Shown here in pieces: positions 1-6,428 of a stretch of 38,331 nt of DNA; positions within the stretch are counted from its first letter, which is position 1; each line of letters opens with the position of its first letter. This stretch comes from a virus, in the IMG/VR virus record IMGVR_UViG_3300005341_000003. One strand, written 5' to 3'. Under the pieces are notes generated by a model. The model made no database searches and was not told the DNA's origin. It was given only the letters and a program-made list of their open reading frames with translations. Position numbers and translations under genes: made by a program.

Positions 1-75
1 GGTGAGCTGAAAAGCATCTGGGACTGCGGCGCAGGCCAGGACGAGGTTTTCATCGCCGGATCGAAGTTCCCATGA
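1..75 (+). CDS. 3' end of a hypothetical protein gene (duplicate copy of 38212..38286; 5' part outside the left window edge)
   Basis: Identical to the last 75 nt of ORF 38023..38286. Its stop TGA at 73..75 overlaps the ATG at 72. Confidence 0.6.
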   Translation, partial: GELKSIWDCGAGQDEVFIAGSKFP

Positions 76-120
76 CCGAGCAGCAAATCGCAATCTCGCT
101 CGCGGCGCTGGCGTTGGCGA
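1..120. repeat. Exact 120-bp direct repeat of the window end (38212..38331). This is a circularisation overlap or terminal redundancy of a ~38211-bp unit.
   Basis: Base-by-base comparison shows 1..120 identical to 38212..38331. The repeat lies inside coding sequence: the 3' end of ORF 38023..38286 and the 5' end of the small ORF at 72..164. Confidence 0.95.
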
Positions 121-164
121 TCGCGGTATTCGGCATGGCGCTGATGGCGTTGGGGGAGGAGTGA
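72..164 (+). CDS. Small single-pass membrane protein (30 aa), hypothetical
   Basis: ATG at 72 overlaps the upstream stop (ATGA). Stop at 162..164 overlaps the downstream GTG at 161 (GTGA). Peptide [30 protein letters not shown] has a hydrophobic core. It is below the ORF-track cutoff. Confidence 0.5.
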   Translation: MTEQQIAISLAALALAIAVFGMALMALGEE

Positions 165-394
165 AAGCGATTCCCGTCAGCTGCCCCGCATGCGGACACG
201 TGATTTATCCGCTGGTCACTGGCGGCATGATTCGCGAGCTTCGCTTGGCGCACGGAATTCGTCAGTCCGAAGCGGCGCGCGCGATTGGCAAAACGGTCTC
301 GTACATCAGCGACATGGAACGAGGCAGCCGAGACGTGAGCAGAGAATTTTGCGATTGGTACCTGGCAGAGCGCGCGCTGAAGGAGCGCACGTGA
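161..394 (+). CDS. XRE-family helix-turn-helix DNA-binding protein with an N-terminal CxxC motif
   Basis: 77-aa ORF. LRLAHGIRQSEAARAIGKTVSYISDMERG matches the XRE HTH pattern. CPACGH lies at the N-terminus. It is coupled to both neighbours. Confidence 0.7.
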   Translation: MKAIPVSCPACGHVIYPLVTGGMIRELRLAHGIRQSEAARAIGKTVSYISDMERGSRDVSREFCDWYLAERALKERT

Positions 395-786
395 CCCCGC
401 TCACCCCCGAGGATATCGCGACGCGCGATCTCGATGCGAAATCCATCGCGCGTGAGCTCGGCTGCTCGCGCTCGTATGCCTACTCGGTCATGGGTGAGAT
501 TGGCTCCTTCCGCTTCGGCCGCCTCCGCCGCGTCTCACGCTCTGATTTCGACGACTGGAAAGCCGCGCACAAATGCCCAAGCACAAGCTCTGGAAACGCA
601 ACGGGATCTATTACACATGGATCCTCGGCAAGCGCGTCTCTACGGGATGCCGCGACGAGAAGGCTGCGCAGAGCGAGGCGTCCGAGCTCGAGCGAGCAGC
701 AGTGGACCCAAAGTATAAAGCCGCGCACGAAACCAGTTTCGGCACGGCCTGCCAGCTCTTCAAAGAGGAGCTCCAATTGCGGGTGA
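391..786 (+). CDS. xis: Excisionase-family (MerR/HTH_17-like) DNA-binding protein; the 3' 214 nt overlap int in another frame
   Basis: GTG at 391 overlaps the upstream stop (GTGA). LDAKSIARELGCSRSYAYSVMGEIGSFRFGRLRRVSRSDFDDWKAA resembles excisionase-type HTH and lies directly upstream of int. The first in-frame stop is at 784..786, and the tail is Ser/Arg-rich. Confidence 0.55.
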   Translation: MTPLTPEDIATRDLDAKSIARELGCSRSYAYSVMGEIGSFRFGRLRRVSRSDFDDWKAAHKCPSTSSGNATGSITHGSSASASLRDAATRRLRRARRPSSSEQQWTQSIKPRTKPVSARPASSSKRSSNCG

Positions 787-1670
787 CGATGGGCAAGCGC
801 TCGGCGGCCACCGTCGACTTCTACTCGTACAAGCTCGCTCATCTGGTGCGCTTGCTGGGAGCTGACCGCCCGATGTTCGAGGTCAACTCGGCGGCGGTGA
901 GCGGTTACCTGAAGAAGCGCGCGGGCGAAGGCGCGCACGCGAGCTCGATGAACAAGGAGCTCATCGCGCTACGGCAGGTGCTCAAGTACGCGAGGCAGCG
1001 CGGGGACTTCGTCGGTGACATCGACGCCGTGATGCCGATCGGGTTCGATCACGAGTACGAGCCGCGAAAAACCTTTCTCAGCCCGGATCAGGCGTGGGCG
1101 TTGCTCGGCCTGTTCGTGCAGAAGCGCAAGGGGGCTTCGTTGGCGGACGGCATCCTGCTCGCCGCGCGCACCGCGTTCTTTCTTGCCACGGCCTGCCGGG
1201 ACGGCGAGCTCGCCCGGGCCCGCCGCGAGGACATCGACCTGTCCAATTGGCTGGTGACGATCCGAGGCACCAAGACGCGCCTGTCCAAGCGCGTAGCCCC
1301 GGTGGTGCTCCCGGACTGCCGCCGGTTCCTGATTGGCGCCCTGATGGCCCCTGAGCGCCGCGACGGACTGCTCTTCGGCCGGTGGCACAATCCGACCCGT
1401 GACCTGGCCCTGGCCTGCAAGCTAGCCGGCGTGCCGCGCGTCACCCCGAACGACCTCCGCCGAACGCACGCGCATTGGCTTCGGGCCAGCGGCGCCCCGC
1501 CGTCACTCATCGGCCCGGTGCTCGGCCACGCCGATAGCCGCATGACCGAGCGCGTCTACGGACGCTTGGAACCAAGCGAATTGCGAGACGAATTGGCGAA
1601 AAGGACAGGCCAAATTCAGTCCAGCGGCGGCTCTTTAAGCGCAAAACCAGGTAAAAACAGCCATGAATAA
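573..1670 (+). CDS. int: Tyrosine integrase (site-specific recombinase)
   Basis: 365 aa. The N-terminus NGIYYTWILGKRVSTGCRDEKAA is arm-binding-like. Catalytic boxes are ATACRDGELARARREDIDL, RRTHAHWL (HxxR) and LGHADSRMTERVYGR (Tyr). Confidence 0.93.
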   Translation: MPKHKLWKRNGIYYTWILGKRVSTGCRDEKAAQSEASELERAAVDPKYKAAHETSFGTACQLFKEELQLRVTMGKRSAATVDFYSYKLAHLVRLLGADRPMFEVNSAAVSGYLKKRAGEGAHASSMNKELIALRQVLKYARQRGDFVGDIDAVMPIGFDHEYEPRKTFLSPDQAWALLGLFVQKRKGASLADGILLAARTAFFLATACRDGELARARREDIDLSNWLVTIRGTKTRLSKRVAPVVLPDCRRFLIGALMAPERRDGLLFGRWHNPTRDLALACKLAGVPRVTPNDLRRTHAHWLRASGAPPSLIGPVLGHADSRMTERVYGRLEPSELRDELAKRTGQIQSSGGSLSAKPGKNSHE

Positions 1671-2253
1671 GCGAGAAGCACTGGATTGTGGCTCCGGTTG
1701 TCGCGGGTTCGATCCCCGTCACTCACCCCTAAATCCCGCAGAAACCCCCGGCGTCGACTCTCCACAGGTCGCGCCGGGCGCGGCTAATCGCGCTGGTTAC
1801 AGTTCAGATTCAGTTCAGGACCTCGTCGCGGCGATCCTTCCGCGCGCCGAATGGGACTCCGTCAGCCGGGTCTACTTCATCGGCTGCGACGGGTTCGTAA
1901 AGATTGGATTCAGTGACCGGCTAGCGGCCCGGTTCGCTGAGCTGCAGAATTCGACGCCGCACGATTTGGAGATTCTGGTGGTGCTCGAGGGCACCAGGGA
2001 CCTCGAGCGAGAGCTACATGCGCGGTTCGCCGGGCTGCGTCACCGGCGAGAGTGGTTTCTAAAGGAAGGGCAGCTCGCTGAGCTGGTGGCGTGCCCCGAC
2101 GCCTTGCGGGCGCGCGCGAAGCGGGAGCGCGAATCGGTAGCGGAGGCGCTCAAGTCGTGGACCGCCGATCTCGAGGCCATTCGCACTGACCCTCAGCGAC
2201 AAGCGGCGCTTCGTGAGGAGTGTCGTCTGGCGCTTGCTCAGGTGGGGCGATGA
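1663..2253 (+). CDS. T5orf172 / GIY-YIG-like (MUG113) domain protein
   Basis: VYFIGCDGFVKIGFSDRLAARFAELQNSTPHDLEILVVLEG...ELHARFAGLRHRREWF matches the T5orf172 pattern. The only canonical in-frame start is ATG 1663, so the frame reads through the attP core. Confidence 0.65.
   Translation: MNKREALDCGSGCRGFDPRHSPLNPAETPGVDSPQVAPGAANRAGYSSDSVQDLVAAILPRAEWDSVSRVYFIGCDGFVKIGFSDRLAARFAELQNSTPHDLEILVVLEGTRDLERELHARFAGLRHRREWFLKEGQLAELVACPDALRARAKRERESVAEALKSWTADLEAIRTDPQRQAALREECRLALAQVGR
1675..1729 (+). other. attP core: 3' portion of a tRNA-His gene (anticodon arm, variable loop, T-arm, acceptor 3' strand, discriminator C, CC)
   Basis: The segment reads as follows:
- 1681..1697: ctgga/ttgtggc/tccgg, a stem-loop with anticodon GTG
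- ttgtc: variable loop
- gcggg-ttcgatc-cccgt: T-arm
- cactcac + c: acceptor 3' strand and discriminator
No complementary 5' acceptor strand lies upstream, so this is a fragment. It sits 5 nt after the int stop. Confidence 0.75.
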
Positions 2254-2438
2254 CGACTCGCTTTTTTTTGGCCAAAAATACTGAACGTAAGTTCGCCGCG
2301 CACATTGCCGCCACGGCAGCCCGACGCGAGCGTCACGAGCTCGCCTGCCGCCTCGTAGTCGCGTCATCGCCGCGGCTGCGACGGATGCGTGGTCGATGGC
2401 AATCGCTGCGCGCTGACGGCGTGTGGAGGGACGTGTGA
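2250..2438 (+). CDS. Hypothetical protein (62 aa)
   Basis: ATG 2250 overlaps the upstream stop (ATGA), and its stop overlaps the next ATG (TGATG). The composition is Arg-rich, so coding status is uncertain. Confidence 0.4.
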   Translation: MTTRFFLAKNTERKFAAHIAATAARRERHELACRLVVASSPRLRRMRGRWQSLRADGVWRDV

Positions 2439-2629
2439 TGCCGTTACAGAGGGCATTCCGAGTGGTGTGGATGATCGAGCGCCGCCCGCTGCGTGGCGGT
2501 CGCAACTGGCGCGCGATCGAGTGGCCGCTCACTGAGCGGGAGGGCCGCGAAAAGGTCCGCCAATACAACCGGCTGATTGCCGACTGCGAGTATCGGTTGA
2601 CGCGGTACGCACCGGAGGAGTCCCGGTGA
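2438..2629 (+). CDS. Hypothetical protein (63 aa)
   Basis: ATG 2438 is coupled upstream, and its stop overlaps GTG 2626. The sequence MPLQRAFRVVWMIERRPL...REKVRQYNRLIADCEYRLTRY looks protein-like. Confidence 0.5.
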   Translation: MPLQRAFRVVWMIERRPLRGGRNWRAIEWPLTEREGREKVRQYNRLIADCEYRLTRYAPEESR

Positions 2630-2832
2630 GCGCGCCGTGCAATTGCGACGACTCGCTCGAGCTGCGCGCTGAGCTCGCCATCGTGAAGCGCGAGCGCGAT
2701 TACCTGCTGCAGTTCGCGGACCCGAAAGACATTGCGCAGATGCGCCGCGAGCTCGCCGCCGAGTGGGAGCGCAAGCAGGGATGGGCGAACGAGAGCGACC
2801 GGAGTGATTTCGGAAAGGTACTGGGCGAATGA
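2626..2832 (+). CDS. Hypothetical protein (68 aa), predicted helical
   Basis: GTGA overlap upstream and ATGA overlap downstream. Its charged, helical composition is typical of real small phage proteins. Confidence 0.55.
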   Translation: MSAPCNCDDSLELRAELAIVKRERDYLLQFADPKDIAQMRRELAAEWERKQGWANESDRSDFGKVLGE

Positions 2833-3296
2833 GGCGCAGAAGCTTGCAAGATATTCTCGACAACTACTGCCCTGAGCCGAACACCGGGTGTCACCTCTGG
2901 ACTGGAGCCACTAGCCCAGACGGGTACGGCGTCATAGACAAGCGCCGTGTGCTTGGGGAGAGGGTGATCACGCGGATTCTATGGGCGTATGAGCGCGGAC
3001 CAATCGCTGCAGGGCTTAAGGTTTGCCACAGATGCGACACGCCTAGATGCATAAACATAAGGCACCTCTTTCTGGGAACGCAGCGCGAAAACATCATCGA
3101 TATGCGAATGAAGAGGAGGAACAAAAGAGGCTCTCAGTGCCGCTTGTCGAAGCTCACTGAGGAGAGTGTCCGCGCCATGCGCGCCGACTATTCGGCTGGC
3201 GGAGTTACGACTCGAGATCTCGCAAAAAGATATGGCGTAGGCCCCACCGTCGCTTTCTTGGTGGTCACTAATCAGAGGTGGCGCCATGTCACGTAA
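2829..3296 (+). CDS. HNH homing endonuclease (HNH_3-like)
   Basis: CHLWTGATSPDGYGVI...CHRCDTPRCINIRHLFLGTQRENIIDM is a classic phage HNH motif. G+C content is visibly lower than in the flanks. Confidence 0.88.
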   Translation: MRRRSLQDILDNYCPEPNTGCHLWTGATSPDGYGVIDKRRVLGERVITRILWAYERGPIAAGLKVCHRCDTPRCINIRHLFLGTQRENIIDMRMKRRNKRGSQCRLSKLTEESVRAMRADYSAGGVTTRDLAKRYGVGPTVAFLVVTNQRWRHVT

Positions 3297-3762
3297 ACCA
3301 GGTGAAAAGCCGAGAATTTTGGTCGATTCTCGCGAGCAGGCGCCGCTCACCTTTTGCGACACCTTCACCGTCGAGCGCGTGCTGCTCCCCGTCGGCGACT
3401 ACTCGCTTGCCGGCGCGACCGATACCGTCGCCATCGAGCGCAAGCGCAACGGTGAGTTGCAATCGTGCTGCGGCACGGACCGTGATCGCTTCATCGCGCA
3501 GATCGAGCGCATGCGCGAATACCCGGTCAGGTGGCTCGTCATCGAGTGCACGATGGATGACGTGGTGCTCGGGCTCAATCGCAGCGCCATCAACCCGATG
3601 TCAGTGCTCGGTACCATCATCAAGTTTGGTAGCGACTGGAACATCCCGACGATGCTGTGCGGCGACGCGCGCAATGCGTCGCTGTTCGTCGAGCGAATCA
3701 TGCTGCGCGAATGGAAGAGACTCAACGAGAAGGCGAAAGCCGAAGTGAAGGAGAGCGCGTGA
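3286..3762 (+). CDS. ERCC4 (XPF/Mus81/Hef)-type nuclease, probable branched-DNA/Holliday-junction resolvase
   Basis: The VDSREQ ... GDYSL ... AIERKRNGEL motif series (GDY...ERK) is diagnostic of the ERCC4 nuclease fold. Confidence 0.8.
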   Translation: MSRKPGEKPRILVDSREQAPLTFCDTFTVERVLLPVGDYSLAGATDTVAIERKRNGELQSCCGTDRDRFIAQIERMREYPVRWLVIECTMDDVVLGLNRSAINPMSVLGTIIKFGSDWNIPTMLCGDARNASLFVERIMLREWKRLNEKAKAEVKESA

Positions 3763-3787
3763 TGGCGAAAATGCGTTTCAGCGGGCG

Positions 3788-4327
3788 ATGGAAGAAGCGG
3801 TAATGCGACAGTACCAAGCCAGCATCCGGGACACGTTCAGTAATCACAGGTTGATGGACGGCGGGTCTTTTCAGGGTCAAGCGACGCTCCAGCAAGAGCA
3901 CTCTAAGCAGCAAGACTACGAGTACCGTGTCCGGGCCTACAGCATGATATCCAATCATCCTGGATACCTGATGCGGGTAGTTGGCGACGAGCCGCGTGAC
4001 ACCATCCCCGCGCCGCCGCTCGTGCCCGAGTGCCGCGAGTGCAGCCGACCCGAGCGCCCGATTGCCGCGACGCATGGGGAACTGTGCGTGTATTGCGACC
4101 ACGCGCTACAGGGAGCGAACAAGCGAATCGAAGGCGAGCCGCCTCGGTATAGGCGCCGTGAAGCCGCGACGGCTCACGTGCTGCTGTACACGAATGGGCT
4201 CGACGCCGACAAGCAGGCCCGCGCGCGTCTAGCCGCAGCAGAGCGCAAAGCCAAGCCGCCAGCCACGGCGGAGAGCCGCATGCTGGCGTTGCCTCACCCT
4301 TGGGAAACCGATGAAAGCGAACCATGA
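3788..4327 (+). CDS. Hypothetical protein (179 aa; alternative start 3803)
   Basis: Long ORF whose stop overlaps the next ATG (ATGA at 4324). It contains CRECSRPERPIAATHGELCVYCDHA, a possible zinc knuckle. Confidence 0.55.
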   Translation: MEEAVMRQYQASIRDTFSNHRLMDGGSFQGQATLQQEHSKQQDYEYRVRAYSMISNHPGYLMRVVGDEPRDTIPAPPLVPECRECSRPERPIAATHGELCVYCDHALQGANKRIEGEPPRYRRREAATAHVLLYTNGLDADKQARARLAAAERKAKPPATAESRMLALPHPWETDESEP

Positions 4328-4569
4328 AAAGAAGCAATAAAGCCAAACACGTTCAATCACGCCCGCGTGGACAGAACCGCGGCAACATTGGGCAACGTCA
4401 CTCCGGCGAGGACGCGCGCTATGCCCGCTACGTCGATGCCGTTCGCCTCGAGGCGTCGGGCGTCAAACTGTCGCAGGTCGGAATCGTCAACCGGCTCGCG
4501 CTGAAGATTCGCGACGCGCGCAATCTCGAGGCCAATCCGCGTGACGGGAGAACTCCGGGAAACCCGTGA
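4324..4569 (+). CDS. Hypothetical basic protein (81 aa)
   Basis: ATGA coupling upstream and GTGA coupling downstream. Confidence 0.5.
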   Translation: MKRSNKAKHVQSRPRGQNRGNIGQRHSGEDARYARYVDAVRLEASGVKLSQVGIVNRLALKIRDARNLEANPRDGRTPGNP

Positions 4570-4955
4570 ACGCCCCCATCGTCCACCGCGACCCGCTCCT
4601 CGCCGGGTACCGCGCGTGTCGCTTCTATGCGATGCGCCGCGCATGCCTCGCGCTCGCGGAGCTGCTGCGCGCCACCGCGTACGACGGCGCCCAGATGCAG
4701 GAGCTGCTGCTCGTGTGGCTGAAGCTGTACGACGCTGCGATCGTCGTCGCGTACGGGCACGCGCTCGCCTGCTGCAATGACCCGCGCCGGGCGTATCGCG
4801 TGTTTTGCGAGCGCGCCGTGCAGGAGCAGCTGAGGGAAAACGTGCAGCGCATGGCGGTGGACATTGTCGGGGAGCCGCGGAACGAGCCGCGAGGGTCGAC
4901 GTTCGAAGAGCGCGTGTTGGATGAAATTGAGTTTGCGAAAGTGAGGGTTGCGTGA
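4566..4955 (+). CDS. Hypothetical protein (129 aa)
   Basis: Coupled on both sides, with a helical, protein-like sequence (LLLVWLKLYDAAIVVAYGHALACCNDPRRAYRVFCERAVQEQL). Confidence 0.6.
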   Translation: MNAPIVHRDPLLAGYRACRFYAMRRACLALAELLRATAYDGAQMQELLLVWLKLYDAAIVVAYGHALACCNDPRRAYRVFCERAVQEQLRENVQRMAVDIVGEPRNEPRGSTFEERVLDEIEFAKVRVA

Positions 4956-5059
4956 CCGAAAGCGAATGGTTGGACATCGTGCACGTGCACTGCGCGTGGC
5001 TGACAATCGAGCGCGATTGGATCGATACGGTCTGGTCCTGGCTGGTGAATCAACCATGA
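4952..5059 (+). CDS. Trp-rich micro-protein (35 aa), hypothetical
   Basis: GTG 4952 overlaps the upstream stop (GTGA), and its stop 5057..5059 overlaps ATG 5056 (ATGA). The peptide MTESEWLDIVHVHCAWLTIERDWIDTVWSWLVNQP looks more protein-like than the Arg-rich alternative frame beginning at 4948. Confidence 0.4.
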   Translation: MTESEWLDIVHVHCAWLTIERDWIDTVWSWLVNQP

Positions 5060-5718
5060 CCGCTGACATGCGCACGCCGCGGGCCGCGCGACAGGTCGCA
5101 GATTGCCGCTTGGTAGCGGCGCTCTACATCGACCCGCGGGGGCCGTATCCGAAGATGGCATATGGGCCTGAGGAGCTGTTCCTCGCGGATGGTCTCGTTA
5201 GCGCTTTTGATCCGCTCCACGTCGACTGCTGGGACGAGTCCCGCGACGCGCGCAAGTACGCCGGCCCGCACCCTGTTGTTGCGCACCCGCCGTGTGGCCC
5301 GTGGGGTCGGCTCAAATTCCTCTGCAATAAGCAGGATCCCGCGTGTGGGCTCCGAGCGGTAGAGCAGGTTCGTGCGTTCGGCGGCGTTCTCGAGCACCCG
5401 CAACACTCGAGCCTTTGGCACGCGTGCGGGTTGCCGCGCCCTGGCGAGCTGCCCGACGCCTTCGGGGGTTACACGGTAGAGATGCGGCAAGTGTGGTGGG
5501 GGCACTGCTGCGAAAAGCTCACGTGGCTTTACCTCGTGGGCGTGCCGCGTGAGGCGCTCGAAGCGCCGCCGTTCCCTGACGCTGTTGCCACGCACCGGGT
5601 AACAAACGCCTCCCGAGGGCGCACGGAGCTGCCTCGCTGCTCAGCGTTCGCTGCGCGCGCAACGCCCCCGCTATTCGCTGAGTATCTCGTGCGTCTTGCG
5701 AGGTTCGCATGCCCCTGA
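5056..5718 (+). CDS. Minimal C5-cytosine-methyltransferase-like protein (PPC and E-H-P core motifs, degenerate SAM motif, no obvious target-recognition domain)
   Basis: The resemblance to C5-MTase motifs is as follows:
- VVAHPPCGPWG (PPC at 5287..5295) resembles motif IV.
- GGVLEHP, about 33 aa later, resembles motif VI (ENV).
- WWGHCCEKLTWLYLVGV occupies the motif VIII position.
- ATPPLFAEYLVRLA resembles motif X.
- N-terminal LVAALYIDPRGPY is only weakly FxGxG-like.
The ORF track starts this frame at 4948. Confidence 0.5.
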   Translation: MTADMRTPRAARQVADCRLVAALYIDPRGPYPKMAYGPEELFLADGLVSAFDPLHVDCWDESRDARKYAGPHPVVAHPPCGPWGRLKFLCNKQDPACGLRAVEQVRAFGGVLEHPQHSSLWHACGLPRPGELPDAFGGYTVEMRQVWWGHCCEKLTWLYLVGVPREALEAPPFPDAVATHRVTNASRGRTELPRCSAFAARATPPLFAEYLVRLARFACP

Positions 5719-6272
5719 AAATCCTCGGCAGCGCCGGCACGTCCCCGAGCTCTGGATGCCCGATTTACCGCGTACAGTGCACCGAATGCGGTGACGAGTA
5801 TCGCCGCGTCGGCTGGCCATGGGACATCAAGCGCCAGTCGCATTGCGTGCGGTGCAACGGCAGCAGTAAACGCAAGCCCGGAACCGTGAACACACGGCGA
5901 AAGGCGCGAAGGGCCGAGCTAAGGAAGTGCCCGCCGGTAGCGGTCCCACGCGCTGCGCCCGCGCAGGAAAAGCCGTGCAACGGCTGCCACACGCCGAAGC
6001 CGCTCACCGACTTCTACCGCAGCAAAAAGACCGCAGATGGCCACCAGGGCATGTGCAAGGCGTGCGACGCGCTGCGTTCGGCTAACCGCGGCAGAGGCCG
6101 CAGCGGTGAGCGCGTCGGCGCCTGCAAGACTGGGAAAATCTGCCTGCTCTGCGGGTCGATGCCCCACCGCGTCGAGGGCAAGCGCTGCCGCCGCTGCGGG
6201 CTCGCCTTCGCCGAAGAGGCGCCGCCCGAGATCGAGCTCCGCCGGTACGACGACATTCGCACGCGCTGCTGA
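5709..6272 (+). CDS. Cys-rich multi-zinc-ribbon protein
   Basis: There are five CxxC-type pairs: CTECG, CVRCNG, CNGCH...CKAC, CLLCG, CRRCG. CNGCHTPKPLTDFYRSKKTADGHQGMCKAC resembles the zinc module seen N-terminal to phage endonuclease VII/HNH proteins. Confidence 0.6.
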   Translation: MPLKILGSAGTSPSSGCPIYRVQCTECGDEYRRVGWPWDIKRQSHCVRCNGSSKRKPGTVNTRRKARRAELRKCPPVAVPRAAPAQEKPCNGCHTPKPLTDFYRSKKTADGHQGMCKACDALRSANRGRGRSGERVGACKTGKICLLCGSMPHRVEGKRCRRCGLAFAEEAPPEIELRRYDDIRTRC

Positions 6273-6278
6273 GGCCCG

Positions 6279-6428
6279 ATGCCTGATGAATTCGAGTGGA
6301 CCGTCATCGACGGGAGCGGCGCTGTCTGCGGAGCTCGCCGCACCGAAGGCGACGCGCGCGCTCTCGCTCGGATGCTGACTGCCACTTCGCCGCAACGCGG
6401 GCCCTACACGTGGAAAAGGAACCAATGA
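6279..6428 (+). CDS. Hypothetical small protein (49 aa)
   Basis: ATG 6279 has GAGG 5 nt upstream. Its stop 6426..6428 overlaps the helicase ATG 6425 (ATGA). It is below the ORF-track cutoff. Confidence 0.45.
   Translation: MPDEFEWTVIDGSGAVCGARRTEGDARALARMLTATSPQRGPYTWKRNQ

Noticed and set aside
190-390. Upstream part of ORF 190..786 as a longer Xis N-terminus
   Set aside because: It overlaps the well-supported XRE HTH gene (161..394) in another frame and is Arg/Ser-rich. GTG 391 gives a clean GTGA coupling and starts right at the excisionase-like domain.
1681-1727. A complete tRNA-His gene
   Set aside because: Only the anticodon arm, variable loop, T-arm and 3' acceptor strand are present. 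No upstream sequence pairs with cactcac, and there is no D-arm. Its position right after int fits an attP core instead.
6296-6424. Longer N-terminus for the helicase (ORF-track start at 6296)
   Set aside because: The extension is Arg-rich junk (RRERRCLRSSPHRRRRARS). A coupled 49-aa ORF in another frame ends with an ATGA overlap at ATG 6425, which is followed by a typical N-terminus.
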